Positions 1-7,874 of a stretch of 48,188 bases of DNA are shown here, piece by piece. The translations under genes were made by a program, and so were the position numbers. Origin of the DNA: Candidatus Heimdallarchaeota archaeon. Lineage in GTDB: Archaea > Asgardarchaeota > Heimdallarchaeia > Heimdallarchaeales > Heimdallarchaeaceae. Within the stretch, counting starts at the first letter, position 1, and each line of letters opens with the position of its first letter. The DNA lies in the NCBI GenBank assembly GCA_030611665.1, contig JAUWPI010000002.1, positions 1-48,188 on the forward strand. Reading direction: 5' to 3'. Under the pieces are notes generated by a model. That model was not told the origin of the DNA. It made no database searches and worked only from the letters and a program-made list of their open reading frames with translations.

Positions 1-119
1 AAACAGAAAATTTTGAAATTAGTTTCTTATCAACTATATAATACTTAAACTGACTTTTAATATTTAAATAGTTTTGAGAAATCTGGATGTAGTTTGAGTG
101 TGCGCTCTTTTGCACAACT

Positions 120-128
120 CTTAAATAA
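120..128 (+). promoter_or_regulatory. Putative TATA box (cTTAAATAa) of the first solute-binding-protein gene
   Basis: The identical 9-mer CTTAAATAA lies exactly 53 nt upstream of the TTG start in both tandem paralogs (120-128 vs 2572-2580). GAGGT at 162-166 precedes the start. Confidence 0.45.
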
Positions 129-172
129 CTTGCAAACTAAGTAATATAAAATTTATTTTATGAGGTTGCGAG

Positions 173-1945
173 TTGAAAAGAAAAATCACACTAGTTATTT
201 TGATATGTTTATTTATGCCTTCACAGTTGTTTATTCAAAATGTAAAAAGCGCTGATGTTCCTGAGTTTTTCTCTATAGCTTTGCTCTCACCTAATTCAAG
301 TCACCGTTATTGTTGGACCCTACTTATGGAAATACAACTTCCAAAAATAGGGATTGGAGTATCCTTTCATGAATCAACGGGATGGTCAAATATAGCTCCA
401 CGAACATGGGATTATCCTTTTATCGACTATGATTATATTCCAACTTATGATGAAGGAGGGTATGATATACTCTTTACTGGCAGGTTCTGGTCTTTGGATT
501 TCCAACTACGTGGATTATATGATACAGTCTCATTGGTTCCATTTGGAGGTAATTACTATCAATACATTAATCCTATATATGATTCAACCTTAGCTAAATA
601 TAATCAAGAATATAATCCAGTTCTTCGAACACAATATGCACATCAACTTCAAGCTATTCTTTATGAGGATTTACCATCAATAAGCGTTATTTATTTCAGC
701 GATCTTTATGGTTTTAATGCAGAGTTAACAGGAATCAACCCCCTTCTACTTTCTACATCAAGTCAACGAATAGAGAACTGGGATGATCCTATTGATCATA
801 TTCTCAAATATGCGGTTAATGCAGATTTGGTTGAACAAAATATCTTCGTTCAAGAGAGTTATTTTGATGGTATATGGATGCAAAATACATATGGATCTTT
901 ATTCAGTCGAAACCCAACAAATCTAATGTGGGAACCCAACATAGCTACAGATTGTATTATAACTGATGGTGGAACAAATCTAACAGTCACTTTAAATCCT
1001 AATGCTAAATTTAGTGATGGTGATGAAGTTCTAGCAGAAGATGTCAAGTATTCTTATGAGTTATACATGTCTCCAGCTGTTGGTTCATCTTCATATGGTG
1101 ACTTAACCAAATGGTTTGCAAACAATGATTCAATTGTTGAAATGAATTCTAATACTATTAGTTTTATATTAACTGAACCTTACAACTTCCCCCTGAGCTT
1201 ACTATCTTATGGAATAATCGATAAAAGTGATGTTGAAGCTAAAATTGCTGCTTATGGTTATGATATATTCAATCAAGATCCAGGAACAGGTAATGTAGGG
1301 TGGTCGTTAGTGAAATCATGCGGACCAATGATGCTAACTGAATACGATTCTGTATTGAGTGTAGTAAAACTTCTTCCAAATCCATACTGGCACGGAGAAT
1401 CAGTAAAACTAAACGAATGGCACGAAATTTTTATTATAGGCAAAGATAACGGTGTTGCTGAATTGATTGCAGGTAACATCGATATTCTAGATAAATATTA
1501 CTTCCCAGTACTTGCTGATTTTGAAGACATTGCTGGTGTAGAAGGAGTTCTTGTAAGTGATTCTTCACACCAAGAAATGTCTATTAATATGAAACATCCT
1601 ATTTTAGGTACAGGTGAACTAACTCCAGTTGGTACTACTAAAGCTGCTAGAAGCATCAGAAAGGCAATAAGTCACATTGTTCCACGTCAAACAATTGCAG
1701 ATGAGGTTTTTGAAAAACTTGGTACCCCTGGAATATTGCCTATTCCAAAAAGCTGTATTGGTTTTAACGAGTCTCTTGAGCCCTATAGTACTAATTTAAC
1801 TTTATCAAAAGAATACTTGAAAGCAGCTGGATATGATCTTGACCCTACAACAACTACATCCTTTCCAGCTCTATACATAATTATAACTATGTTTTTTGGA
1901 TTAACAGTTGTTCCAGGAGTGTTAAAGAGATGGAAAAAGAACTAG
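173..1945 (+). CDS. Extracellular solute-binding protein, family 5 (peptide/oligosaccharide ABC-type SBP) with signal peptide and C-terminal TM anchor
   Basis: 590-aa ORF with a TTG start after GAGGT. It has an N-terminal hydrophobic signal (KITLVILICLFMP) and a C-terminal hydrophobic helix followed by KRWKKN. Length and motifs (NPYWHG, HQEMSINMKHP, RKAISHIVPR) are typical of SBP_bac_5. It is a close paralog of 2625-4424. Confidence 0.72.
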   Translation: MKRKITLVILICLFMPSQLFIQNVKSADVPEFFSIALLSPNSSHRYCWTLLMEIQLPKIGIGVSFHESTGWSNIAPRTWDYPFIDYDYIPTYDEGGYDILFTGRFWSLDFQLRGLYDTVSLVPFGGNYYQYINPIYDSTLAKYNQEYNPVLRTQYAHQLQAILYEDLPSISVIYFSDLYGFNAELTGINPLLLSTSSQRIENWDDPIDHILKYAVNADLVEQNIFVQESYFDGIWMQNTYGSLFSRNPTNLMWEPNIATDCIITDGGTNLTVTLNPNAKFSDGDEVLAEDVKYSYELYMSPAVGSSSYGDLTKWFANNDSIVEMNSNTISFILTEPYNFPLSLLSYGIIDKSDVEAKIAAYGYDIFNQDPGTGNVGWSLVKSCGPMMLTEYDSVLSVVKLLPNPYWHGESVKLNEWHEIFIIGKDNGVAELIAGNIDILDKYYFPVLADFEDIAGVEGVLVSDSSHQEMSINMKHPILGTGELTPVGTTKAARSIRKAISHIVPRQTIADEVFEKLGTPGILPIPKSCIGFNESLEPYSTNLTLSKEYLKAAGYDLDPTTTTSFPALYIIITMFFGLTVVPGVLKRWKKN

Positions 1946-1958
1946 TTTTTTTCTTCTT
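1946..1958 (+). terminator. T-run immediately after the stop codon (archaeal oligo-T terminator candidate)
   Basis: tttttttcttctt follows directly after the TAG at 1943-1945. Confidence 0.35.
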
Positions 1959-2393
1959 TCATGTATTTTTTCCTACCATTTGTTCTGTGAAATCTATCAG
2001 TTTCCTCTTTTCTTCCGTGTAGCTACTGTAAAATAATTTTGCTCTCTCCACCCATTTTGAGAGTTCATCTACAGATTTCTCTCTCTTTGATACTAGAAGA
2101 AATATTGCTTGATATGGGATAATATTACCATTCGTTAAACTGTTTTTCCCAAATTTCCAGGCTAATTCATAATTTTTTAGCGCTTCTATTTTTTGGTCTT
2201 TAATCGTATGCAGATTTGCTAAATAAAAATAAGCTTGAGGTTCCTCTGGATAGAGCTTTTTTATCTCTTTAAATATTTTAATTGCAGGATCAATCTGATA
2301 TTCAGTTATCGTACTGATTCCCGCTTCTAACAGTGTGCTAAAATATTTTTCGTCTTCCCCCATATTTTCCTCTTCGAACCTTACCAACGGCAT
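1959..2393 (-). CDS. Small helical, TPR-like hypothetical protein
   Basis: 144-aa ORF between the two SBP genes on the opposite strand. The segment AYFYLANLHTIKDQKIEALKNYELAWKF looks like a TPR helix pair. No family was recognised with certainty. Confidence 0.4.
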   Translation of the reverse strand: MPLVRFEEENMGEDEKYFSTLLEAGISTITEYQIDPAIKIFKEIKKLYPEEPQAYFYLANLHTIKDQKIEALKNYELAWKFGKNSLTNGNIIPYQAIFLLVSKREKSVDELSKWVERAKLFYSSYTEEKRKLIDFTEQMVGKNT

Positions 2394-2571
2394 TTACTTT
2401 CAGTTATCTCTCTTTCACTAACCTATAAAAACATCACAAAAATTATTTTGCTAATTTCAGTATTTTTTTGATATGATTAGTCTTTTGAAATCAGCATTTG
2501 TTATTAGTTAAGAAATTCAATAAATCTTAACAAATCTTATCTTTTCTATTACTCATTTTTCTCACATAATC

Positions 2572-2580
2572 CTTAAATAA
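2572..2580 (+). promoter_or_regulatory. Putative TATA box (cTTAAATAa) of the second solute-binding-protein gene
   Basis: Same 9-mer at the same 53-nt distance from the TTG start as at 120-128. GGAGGT at 2613-2618. Confidence 0.45.
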
Positions 2581-2624
2581 ACAGAAGAGAAGAGTAAAAT
2601 TGTTTCATTTATGGAGGTTTAAAA

Positions 2625-4424
2625 TTGAAAAGAAAAATAGTTTTTATAATAATTTTTTGTTTGTTTGTTTCGTCCATCGTAACTATCCATAATACAGCAA
2701 AAACAGAGGTACCGGAGTTTTTCTCTATTGCTTTACTTTCACCCAATACAAACGAAGCCCGTAATCAATGGGCACTGTTAATGGAACAACAATTACCAAA
2801 AATTGGTATTGGTGTATCCTACCATGAATCTACTAGCTGGGATAATATTGCCCCCCGTACATGGGCATATCCAATTCTTGATGATTACATTCCAACTTAT
2901 GCAGAGGGTGGTTACGACATGCTCTTTACAGGTTGGTCATGGGGACTTGATTGGGACCCAACCGGTTTGTGGGACACAGCAAGTTTGATACCAAATGGTG
3001 ATAACTTCTATCAATACAGCAACACTGCTTATGATGATAGATTAGACGAGTATCTAACTGCATTAGTTCCAGCTGAAAGAACAGCAGCAGCTCACGACAT
3101 ACAAGGAATGTTGTTTGATGACTTGCCAACTATTGTACTGATCTATCCAAGATCTCTCTTTGGTTTCAGTGAAACAGTATCTGGAATTGATGGACTGTTA
3201 ATAGCAAGCTCAAATCATAGAGCAGAATATTGGGCTGATTCAGATGACGATATCATCAAATATGCAATTCCTGCAGATTTGAAAGAACCAAACATCTATG
3301 TTGCAGAATCATTCTATGATATGCAATGGATGCAAACTGTTTATGGAGGTCTAGTAAAGAGAGCACAAGATACTCACGACTGGGAACCAGAAATTGCTGA
3401 AAATTTCACAATTTCAGAGATTATTGACAGCAAAATCAATATAACAGTGTTCTTAGATGAAGACGCTAAATTCAGCAATGGTGATCCAGTATTACCATCA
3501 GATGTCGTGTATTCATATGACTTATTCATGGATCCTCTTGTAGGCTCAACAAGCTATAGTTTCTATTGGAAATGGTTTAACACAACCGATCCACTCAATC
3601 CTGCTATCCAAGTTATTGGTGATGATGTAGCTGGTGGTGAGTTACTATTCCAATTAACAGGAGTATATAACTTCGCAACAGGCTTACTTGCTACCGCTAT
3701 CATTGATAAGAGCTATGTTCAACAAGCAATTTCAGATTTCGGTTATGATATCTTTAATGAAGAACCATTAACTGGTAATGTCCAAGACATACTTGTTCGT
3801 TCATGTGGTCCTTTCATGATGGCTGATTTCAATGCAGTTGACAGTGTTGTTAAAATGTTACCCAACCCATTCTGGCACGGAGATGCTGTTCTATTAGATG
3901 AATGGTATTTAACTTTCATATCTGGTAAAGACAGTGCAATGGCTGAATTAATCGCTGGTACCATTGACATTATGGATGCTCAATACTACCCAGTTTTATC
4001 AGATTTTGAAGGCGTTACTGGTGTACAAGGTGTCTTAATTAAAGATCCATCACATCAAGAAATGGCAATCAACATGAAACATCCTATCATTGGAACCGGA
4101 GAACTTACACCTCTTGGTACAGCTGCCGCAGCTTTGAGTATTCGTAAAGCAATAAGCCACTCTGTTCCACGTGATACAATCGTTTCAGAAATTCTTGAAG
4201 GATTAGGAGCGCCTGGTACTGTTCCATGTCCTGATGCCGCAGTGGACTTTGATGACTCCTTACCAGTTTACGCATACGATATAAGTCTAGCAATTGACTT
4301 CGTTGAAGCCGCAGGATATACTGTCGAAGTTCCAGTTCCAACTGCAACAGGTATTGCAGGTTTAGTATTCCTATCATTCTTAGGACTAGCAGCACTTATT
4401 GGGTTTAAAAAATACAAGAAATAA
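2625..4424 (+). CDS. Extracellular solute-binding protein, family 5, tandem paralog
   Basis: 599-aa ORF, collinear with 173-1945 along its whole length (shared blocks EVPEFFSIALLSPN, LPKIGIGVS.HEST.W.NIAPRTW, NP.WHG, HQEM.INMKHPI.GTGELTP). It has a signal peptide and a C-terminal TM helix followed by KKYKK. Confidence 0.72.
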   Translation: MKRKIVFIIIFCLFVSSIVTIHNTAKTEVPEFFSIALLSPNTNEARNQWALLMEQQLPKIGIGVSYHESTSWDNIAPRTWAYPILDDYIPTYAEGGYDMLFTGWSWGLDWDPTGLWDTASLIPNGDNFYQYSNTAYDDRLDEYLTALVPAERTAAAHDIQGMLFDDLPTIVLIYPRSLFGFSETVSGIDGLLIASSNHRAEYWADSDDDIIKYAIPADLKEPNIYVAESFYDMQWMQTVYGGLVKRAQDTHDWEPEIAENFTISEIIDSKINITVFLDEDAKFSNGDPVLPSDVVYSYDLFMDPLVGSTSYSFYWKWFNTTDPLNPAIQVIGDDVAGGELLFQLTGVYNFATGLLATAIIDKSYVQQAISDFGYDIFNEEPLTGNVQDILVRSCGPFMMADFNAVDSVVKMLPNPFWHGDAVLLDEWYLTFISGKDSAMAELIAGTIDIMDAQYYPVLSDFEGVTGVQGVLIKDPSHQEMAINMKHPIIGTGELTPLGTAAAALSIRKAISHSVPRDTIVSEILEGLGAPGTVPCPDAAVDFDDSLPVYAYDISLAIDFVEAAGYTVEVPVPTATGIAGLVFLSFLGLAALIGFKKYKK

Positions 4425-4430
4425 AGAAAC

Positions 4431-4460
4431 TTTTTTTCTTTTTTCTTTTCTTTTTATTTT
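4431..4460 (+). terminator. Long T-rich tract after the SBP stop codon (oligo-T terminator candidate)
   Basis: tttttttcttttttcttttctttttatttt begins 7 nt after the TAA at 4422-4424. Confidence 0.4.
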
Positions 4461-4465
4461 AGTTT

Positions 4466-7450
4466 TCAAATAGTTTTGAATATACTTAGTTTTGTTTTAC
4501 AATATGGGCATCTACCCTTTTTGCTTATCCATAATACAAGATGGTCATAATGAAAAAGATGCTCACAAAATGGACATTCCAGACCATTTTCGTAAACCTG
4601 TTGAAAACAGACCATGCATTTGTACTTGGACTCTTGACCTTCAATAATCTGTTTGCCTTTACTCTGGACTTTTTTGAAGAAACGTGCTGTTTTGGAAAGA
4701 TTGTCAGCAACCACTATACTTTCTTCATCAATTTTTGGTGTTTCTCTGCTATCCTGTTCTTTAGTTATAACAACAGAGGCATTAGCTTTCAGATAATTTA
4801 CATAATCGCTCAGTATTCCTTTGTTGATTTGAGGATCACCTACAACAATTAGCTTCTTTTTTGCTCTTGTTATGGCTACGTTTAATCTTCTTTCATCCCC
4901 AAATCCTCTATTCCCACTCGACTGAGATTCGGTTAAGGATAGAACAATTAATTCCCTATCACTTCCTTGAAACCGATCAACTGTATCAGTTGTGAGATTT
5001 GGTGGAAGATATCTTCTCATTTCTCCTACTTGTCCTCTATAAGGACCTATTATTCCCATTTGATTAATGTTCAAACCTAGTTTCAAGAAATTTTTCACTA
5101 TTGATCCCACTGTTTCAGCTTCTTTTTTGTTGATTTTCTTATCATGGAAAAACATTCCTTTTATAGGAACATAAACTAAGGGGGTTTTAGGATCATAAAT
5201 TTCTGGGTGGTCTAATTGAGAATAATCTCCATTATAATTACCTAGGTCAAGAAGATTTTGTAATTTTACTAAGCTATCAAACGATTTCAGTTTTCCTTCA
5301 TAGAATTTTTCATTGGAAAAATCTACAAGCTTCTCATTCATACGAAATTGATGAGTTAAAAGATGAATAGCTTCTGGGTAGAGTTTAGCCAATCTCTCGA
5401 ATAATGAAACACTCAATCCTTCTGTCTGAGCTTTTTGGCTCTGTACGACTGGAGGTAGTTGTTTATGATCTCCTACAAGAACAAACCTATCCCCCTCCAT
5501 TAAAGCTGATAGTACAGTTGGTTCTGTCATCTGACTGGCTTCATCAATTATTACTGTCTGTATCCCTAATCTCTCAAAATTTGGGCTAGAAATTGTAGAT
5601 GTTGTTGCGACGATAATAGGAATCTCATTTAACAATTGAGAAAACGATTTATCTGGATTTTTATCTCTATATGTTTCAAGAGTGTAATCTTTAATTTCAT
5701 CTTGCGTGGAATATTTACGTCCCAACCGTACAAAATTGGTAAAGTGATTTGCTATTAGGTAAGAACATATGTTATCAACTGCTCGATTAGTAAACGCGGT
5801 AAGAAGAACTTTTTCACCGTTTTTTGCAAGTATTATGGCTGATTTTGCAATGACATATGTTTTACCCGTTCCTGCAGGTCCTTGAATTAAGGAGAAGTTT
5901 TTAGTCCCTAATATTCGCTCAATACTTTCATTTTGTACAGGGTTATTTTTGACAAACTCACCCTTAACTGGCTTTATAATTGGGGGGGTAGTGCCAAGAA
6001 TAGTCTGTCTGAAATTGTTTCTCTTAAAGACTAAATTGAACAACCCCCTTTGCTGTCTTCTAAATCCTACATCTAATGAATAGATATCTACAACAGAGAT
6101 AGATCCAGCAACAGCCCGAGTCGATATTTCAAGTGAGTTATTAGAGATACTAGAAACAGCTCCAGTAATTACACTTCCTTTGTGTATGCTTCCTTGACTT
6201 AAAACGACAATATCTCCTTCTCTCAGTTCGGACATATTATTGCATGAAAAAATCAATTTAGTATTTCCATTTTCCTTTATTTCGTTTTCAAGTTTCAAAC
6301 CATCTATCGCTTTTCCTTTGGCAACTCTCTGGTTTATATTTAATTTCCATAAACTTGCAAAATTCTGAGAAGATTCATTCCTTTCTTCACGTATCCAATT
6401 TGTGAAACGATTGAAGTACTCTTGATTTGTATCAGGCATAGCATTGTGCGTACATAACAAATCATGAGGACAGGTTGAGCATCTTCTTTCTTGATTTAAA
6501 CCTGCACAAACCATGGCACAAAAATGTTTTACAGAACATTTTTTGCATCTGTTCAGTTGATCTTCTGGTAAAATTGGCGGATAATATCCCAAGTATGAAA
6601 TTCGGTAGGCAATGTTTCTCTGTTCTATCGCATATCTAAGAAGGTTCCAAGAAGGTTGTGCCTTCTTAAGAATAGCTTTGTTAGTTCCTACATAAATCAC
6701 AGTACCATCACTGGGTTTTGACAAATCAAAATAATCATCAAGACCATATTTGTAGAGTGTAACTTGAAGTAAATCAGAAAATCGGATATTATCATCTGCA
6801 TGAACCTTTCCAGTTTTGAGCTCATAGATGTGTCCTGAATTGAAGAGATCTATTCTCCCTCGAATACCAAAAGTGGGTGAAAGAAACAAGATTTCAGGAA
6901 GAGAATCACCCTTCAACCTTTCGACAAAAGAATCGAGACTCTCTGCCATTTCTCTCAATTCTTTGTTAACATCCTCTTTAGTGTAACCGAATTTTTCGAA
7001 CTGCAATGAAAAAGACTCAATAACAGAAGATAGCTGTTCTGAAGGTTTGGTTCCGCTTGCTATTGCAGAACCAAAACTATCGTGTATGATTGAACCACGA
7101 ATTGCTATATAGGGTGATGCTGTTTCACCAACTATTTCATTGAGATAATAACTCCTTGGGCAAAAAGAAACATTGTTTACAGCTGTTGCATTAATTAATA
7201 CATCTGGATCCACAACGACTATAGAACTTGATCCTGCTGAAAAGTACACAGAATCCTTATCTTGTATCTTTTCAATATTGAACAGCTTAAGTAAAGTATA
7301 CGGTTTAATGTATTCTCCTATAACATGCCAAGGAGACCAAAGATTAACTATGAAATTTCTATTCTCAGAATCTACTAGAATAGTAACACGAGGATTATCT
7401 CCTCCATTTTGGGATAAAGTCTTCAGATAGATACAAGTAAGAGATTCCAT
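4466..7450 (-). CDS. Dna2-like nuclease-helicase (Cas4/RecB-type Fe-S nuclease plus Upf1-like SF1 helicase) with a C-terminal RING-H2-like zinc finger
   Basis: Nuclease signals are the N-terminal Cys (SFCPRSYYL), D..ExK (IDLFNSGHIYELKTGK), QVTLYKY and the Cys cluster CKKCSVKHFCAMVC. Helicase signals are Walker A GPAGTGKTY, DEASQ, VLVGDHKQLPPVV, DRFQGSDRELIVLS and NVAITRAKKKLIVVGD. The last 50 aa read CMVC-x13-CEH-x2-H-x2-H-x3-W-x6-CPYC. I prefer the ATG at 7450 (MESLT...) over the TTG at 7504 used in the track. Confidence 0.8.
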   Translation of the reverse strand: MESLTCIYLKTLSQNGGDNPRVTILVDSENRNFIVNLWSPWHVIGEYIKPYTLLKLFNIEKIQDKDSVYFSAGSSSIVVVDPDVLINATAVNNVSFCPRSYYLNEIVGETASPYIAIRGSIIHDSFGSAIASGTKPSEQLSSVIESFSLQFEKFGYTKEDVNKELREMAESLDSFVERLKGDSLPEILFLSPTFGIRGRIDLFNSGHIYELKTGKVHADDNIRFSDLLQVTLYKYGLDDYFDLSKPSDGTVIYVGTNKAILKKAQPSWNLLRYAIEQRNIAYRISYLGYYPPILPEDQLNRCKKCSVKHFCAMVCAGLNQERRCSTCPHDLLCTHNAMPDTNQEYFNRFTNWIREERNESSQNFASLWKLNINQRVAKGKAIDGLKLENEIKENGNTKLIFSCNNMSELREGDIVVLSQGSIHKGSVITGAVSSISNNSLEISTRAVAGSISVVDIYSLDVGFRRQQRGLFNLVFKRNNFRQTILGTTPPIIKPVKGEFVKNNPVQNESIERILGTKNFSLIQGPAGTGKTYVIAKSAIILAKNGEKVLLTAFTNRAVDNICSYLIANHFTNFVRLGRKYSTQDEIKDYTLETYRDKNPDKSFSQLLNEIPIIVATTSTISSPNFERLGIQTVIIDEASQMTEPTVLSALMEGDRFVLVGDHKQLPPVVQSQKAQTEGLSVSLFERLAKLYPEAIHLLTHQFRMNEKLVDFSNEKFYEGKLKSFDSLVKLQNLLDLGNYNGDYSQLDHPEIYDPKTPLVYVPIKGMFFHDKKINKKEAETVGSIVKNFLKLGLNINQMGIIGPYRGQVGEMRRYLPPNLTTDTVDRFQGSDRELIVLSLTESQSSGNRGFGDERRLNVAITRAKKKLIVVGDPQINKGILSDYVNYLKANASVVITKEQDSRETPKIDEESIVVADNLSKTARFFKKVQSKGKQIIEGQESKYKCMVCFQQVYENGLECPFCEHLFHYDHLVLWISKKGRCPYCKTKLSIFKTI

Positions 7451-7565
7451 ATATAATTGAATAATTTGAATACAATAAATAAATATGTAGGTAAAAAGTG
7501 ACAAAAACTTCGTAAAAACAGGAAACTTGTAAGAATAAAAAAAAGATAGAAACTAGTGGAAAGGA

Positions 7566-7739
7566 TTACTCAAAGTCAATACATTCACTTGGGCATTCGT
7601 CTATACATAGTCCACAATCTGTGCAATCTTCTTTTCTTGTAGTAACTGCAACATCCTTTAAATCATAAACATTTTCGGGACATATATCCACACAAGCACC
7701 ACAAGCTATACAACAATCAGCGTCTACTACGGTTGGCAT
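7566..7739 (-). CDS. 2x[4Fe-4S] ferredoxin (57 aa), absent from the ORF track
   Basis: Hand translation gives MPTVVDADCCIACGACVDICPENVYDLKDVAVTTRKEDCTDCGLCIDECPSECIDFE*. It contains two canonical CxxCxxCxxxCP motifs, runs from ATG to TAA, and is followed by a T-run on its own strand. Confidence 0.8.
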   Translation of the reverse strand: MPTVVDADCCIACGACVDICPENVYDLKDVAVTTRKEDCTDCGLCIDECPSECIDFE

Positions 7740-7874
7740 TTTTCTTTTACACCTTATTTTTGACTCCCGTTTTTGAGCACCTTTTTAAAGTCTTCTCAAT
7801 CTCTATGTAATTCTTATTTTTTTATCACATTTTATTCAAATTAAGAAAAAAAAGTGAAAAGACAAAGATTTCAT

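Noticed and set aside
98-120. Imperfect inverted repeat gagtgtgc...gcacaactc upstream of the first SBP gene
   Set aside because: The arms do not pair fully (8 of 9 with an indel), there is no counterpart upstream of the paralogous gene, and it cannot be distinguished from chance.
7451-7504. An 18-codon N-terminal extension of the Dna2-like ORF from a TTG start (MSLFTYIFIYCIQIIQLY)
   Set aside because: The extension is hydrophobic, low-complexity and AT-rich with no upstream ribosome-binding-like site. The in-frame ATG at 7450 (MESLT...) is the more plausible start.
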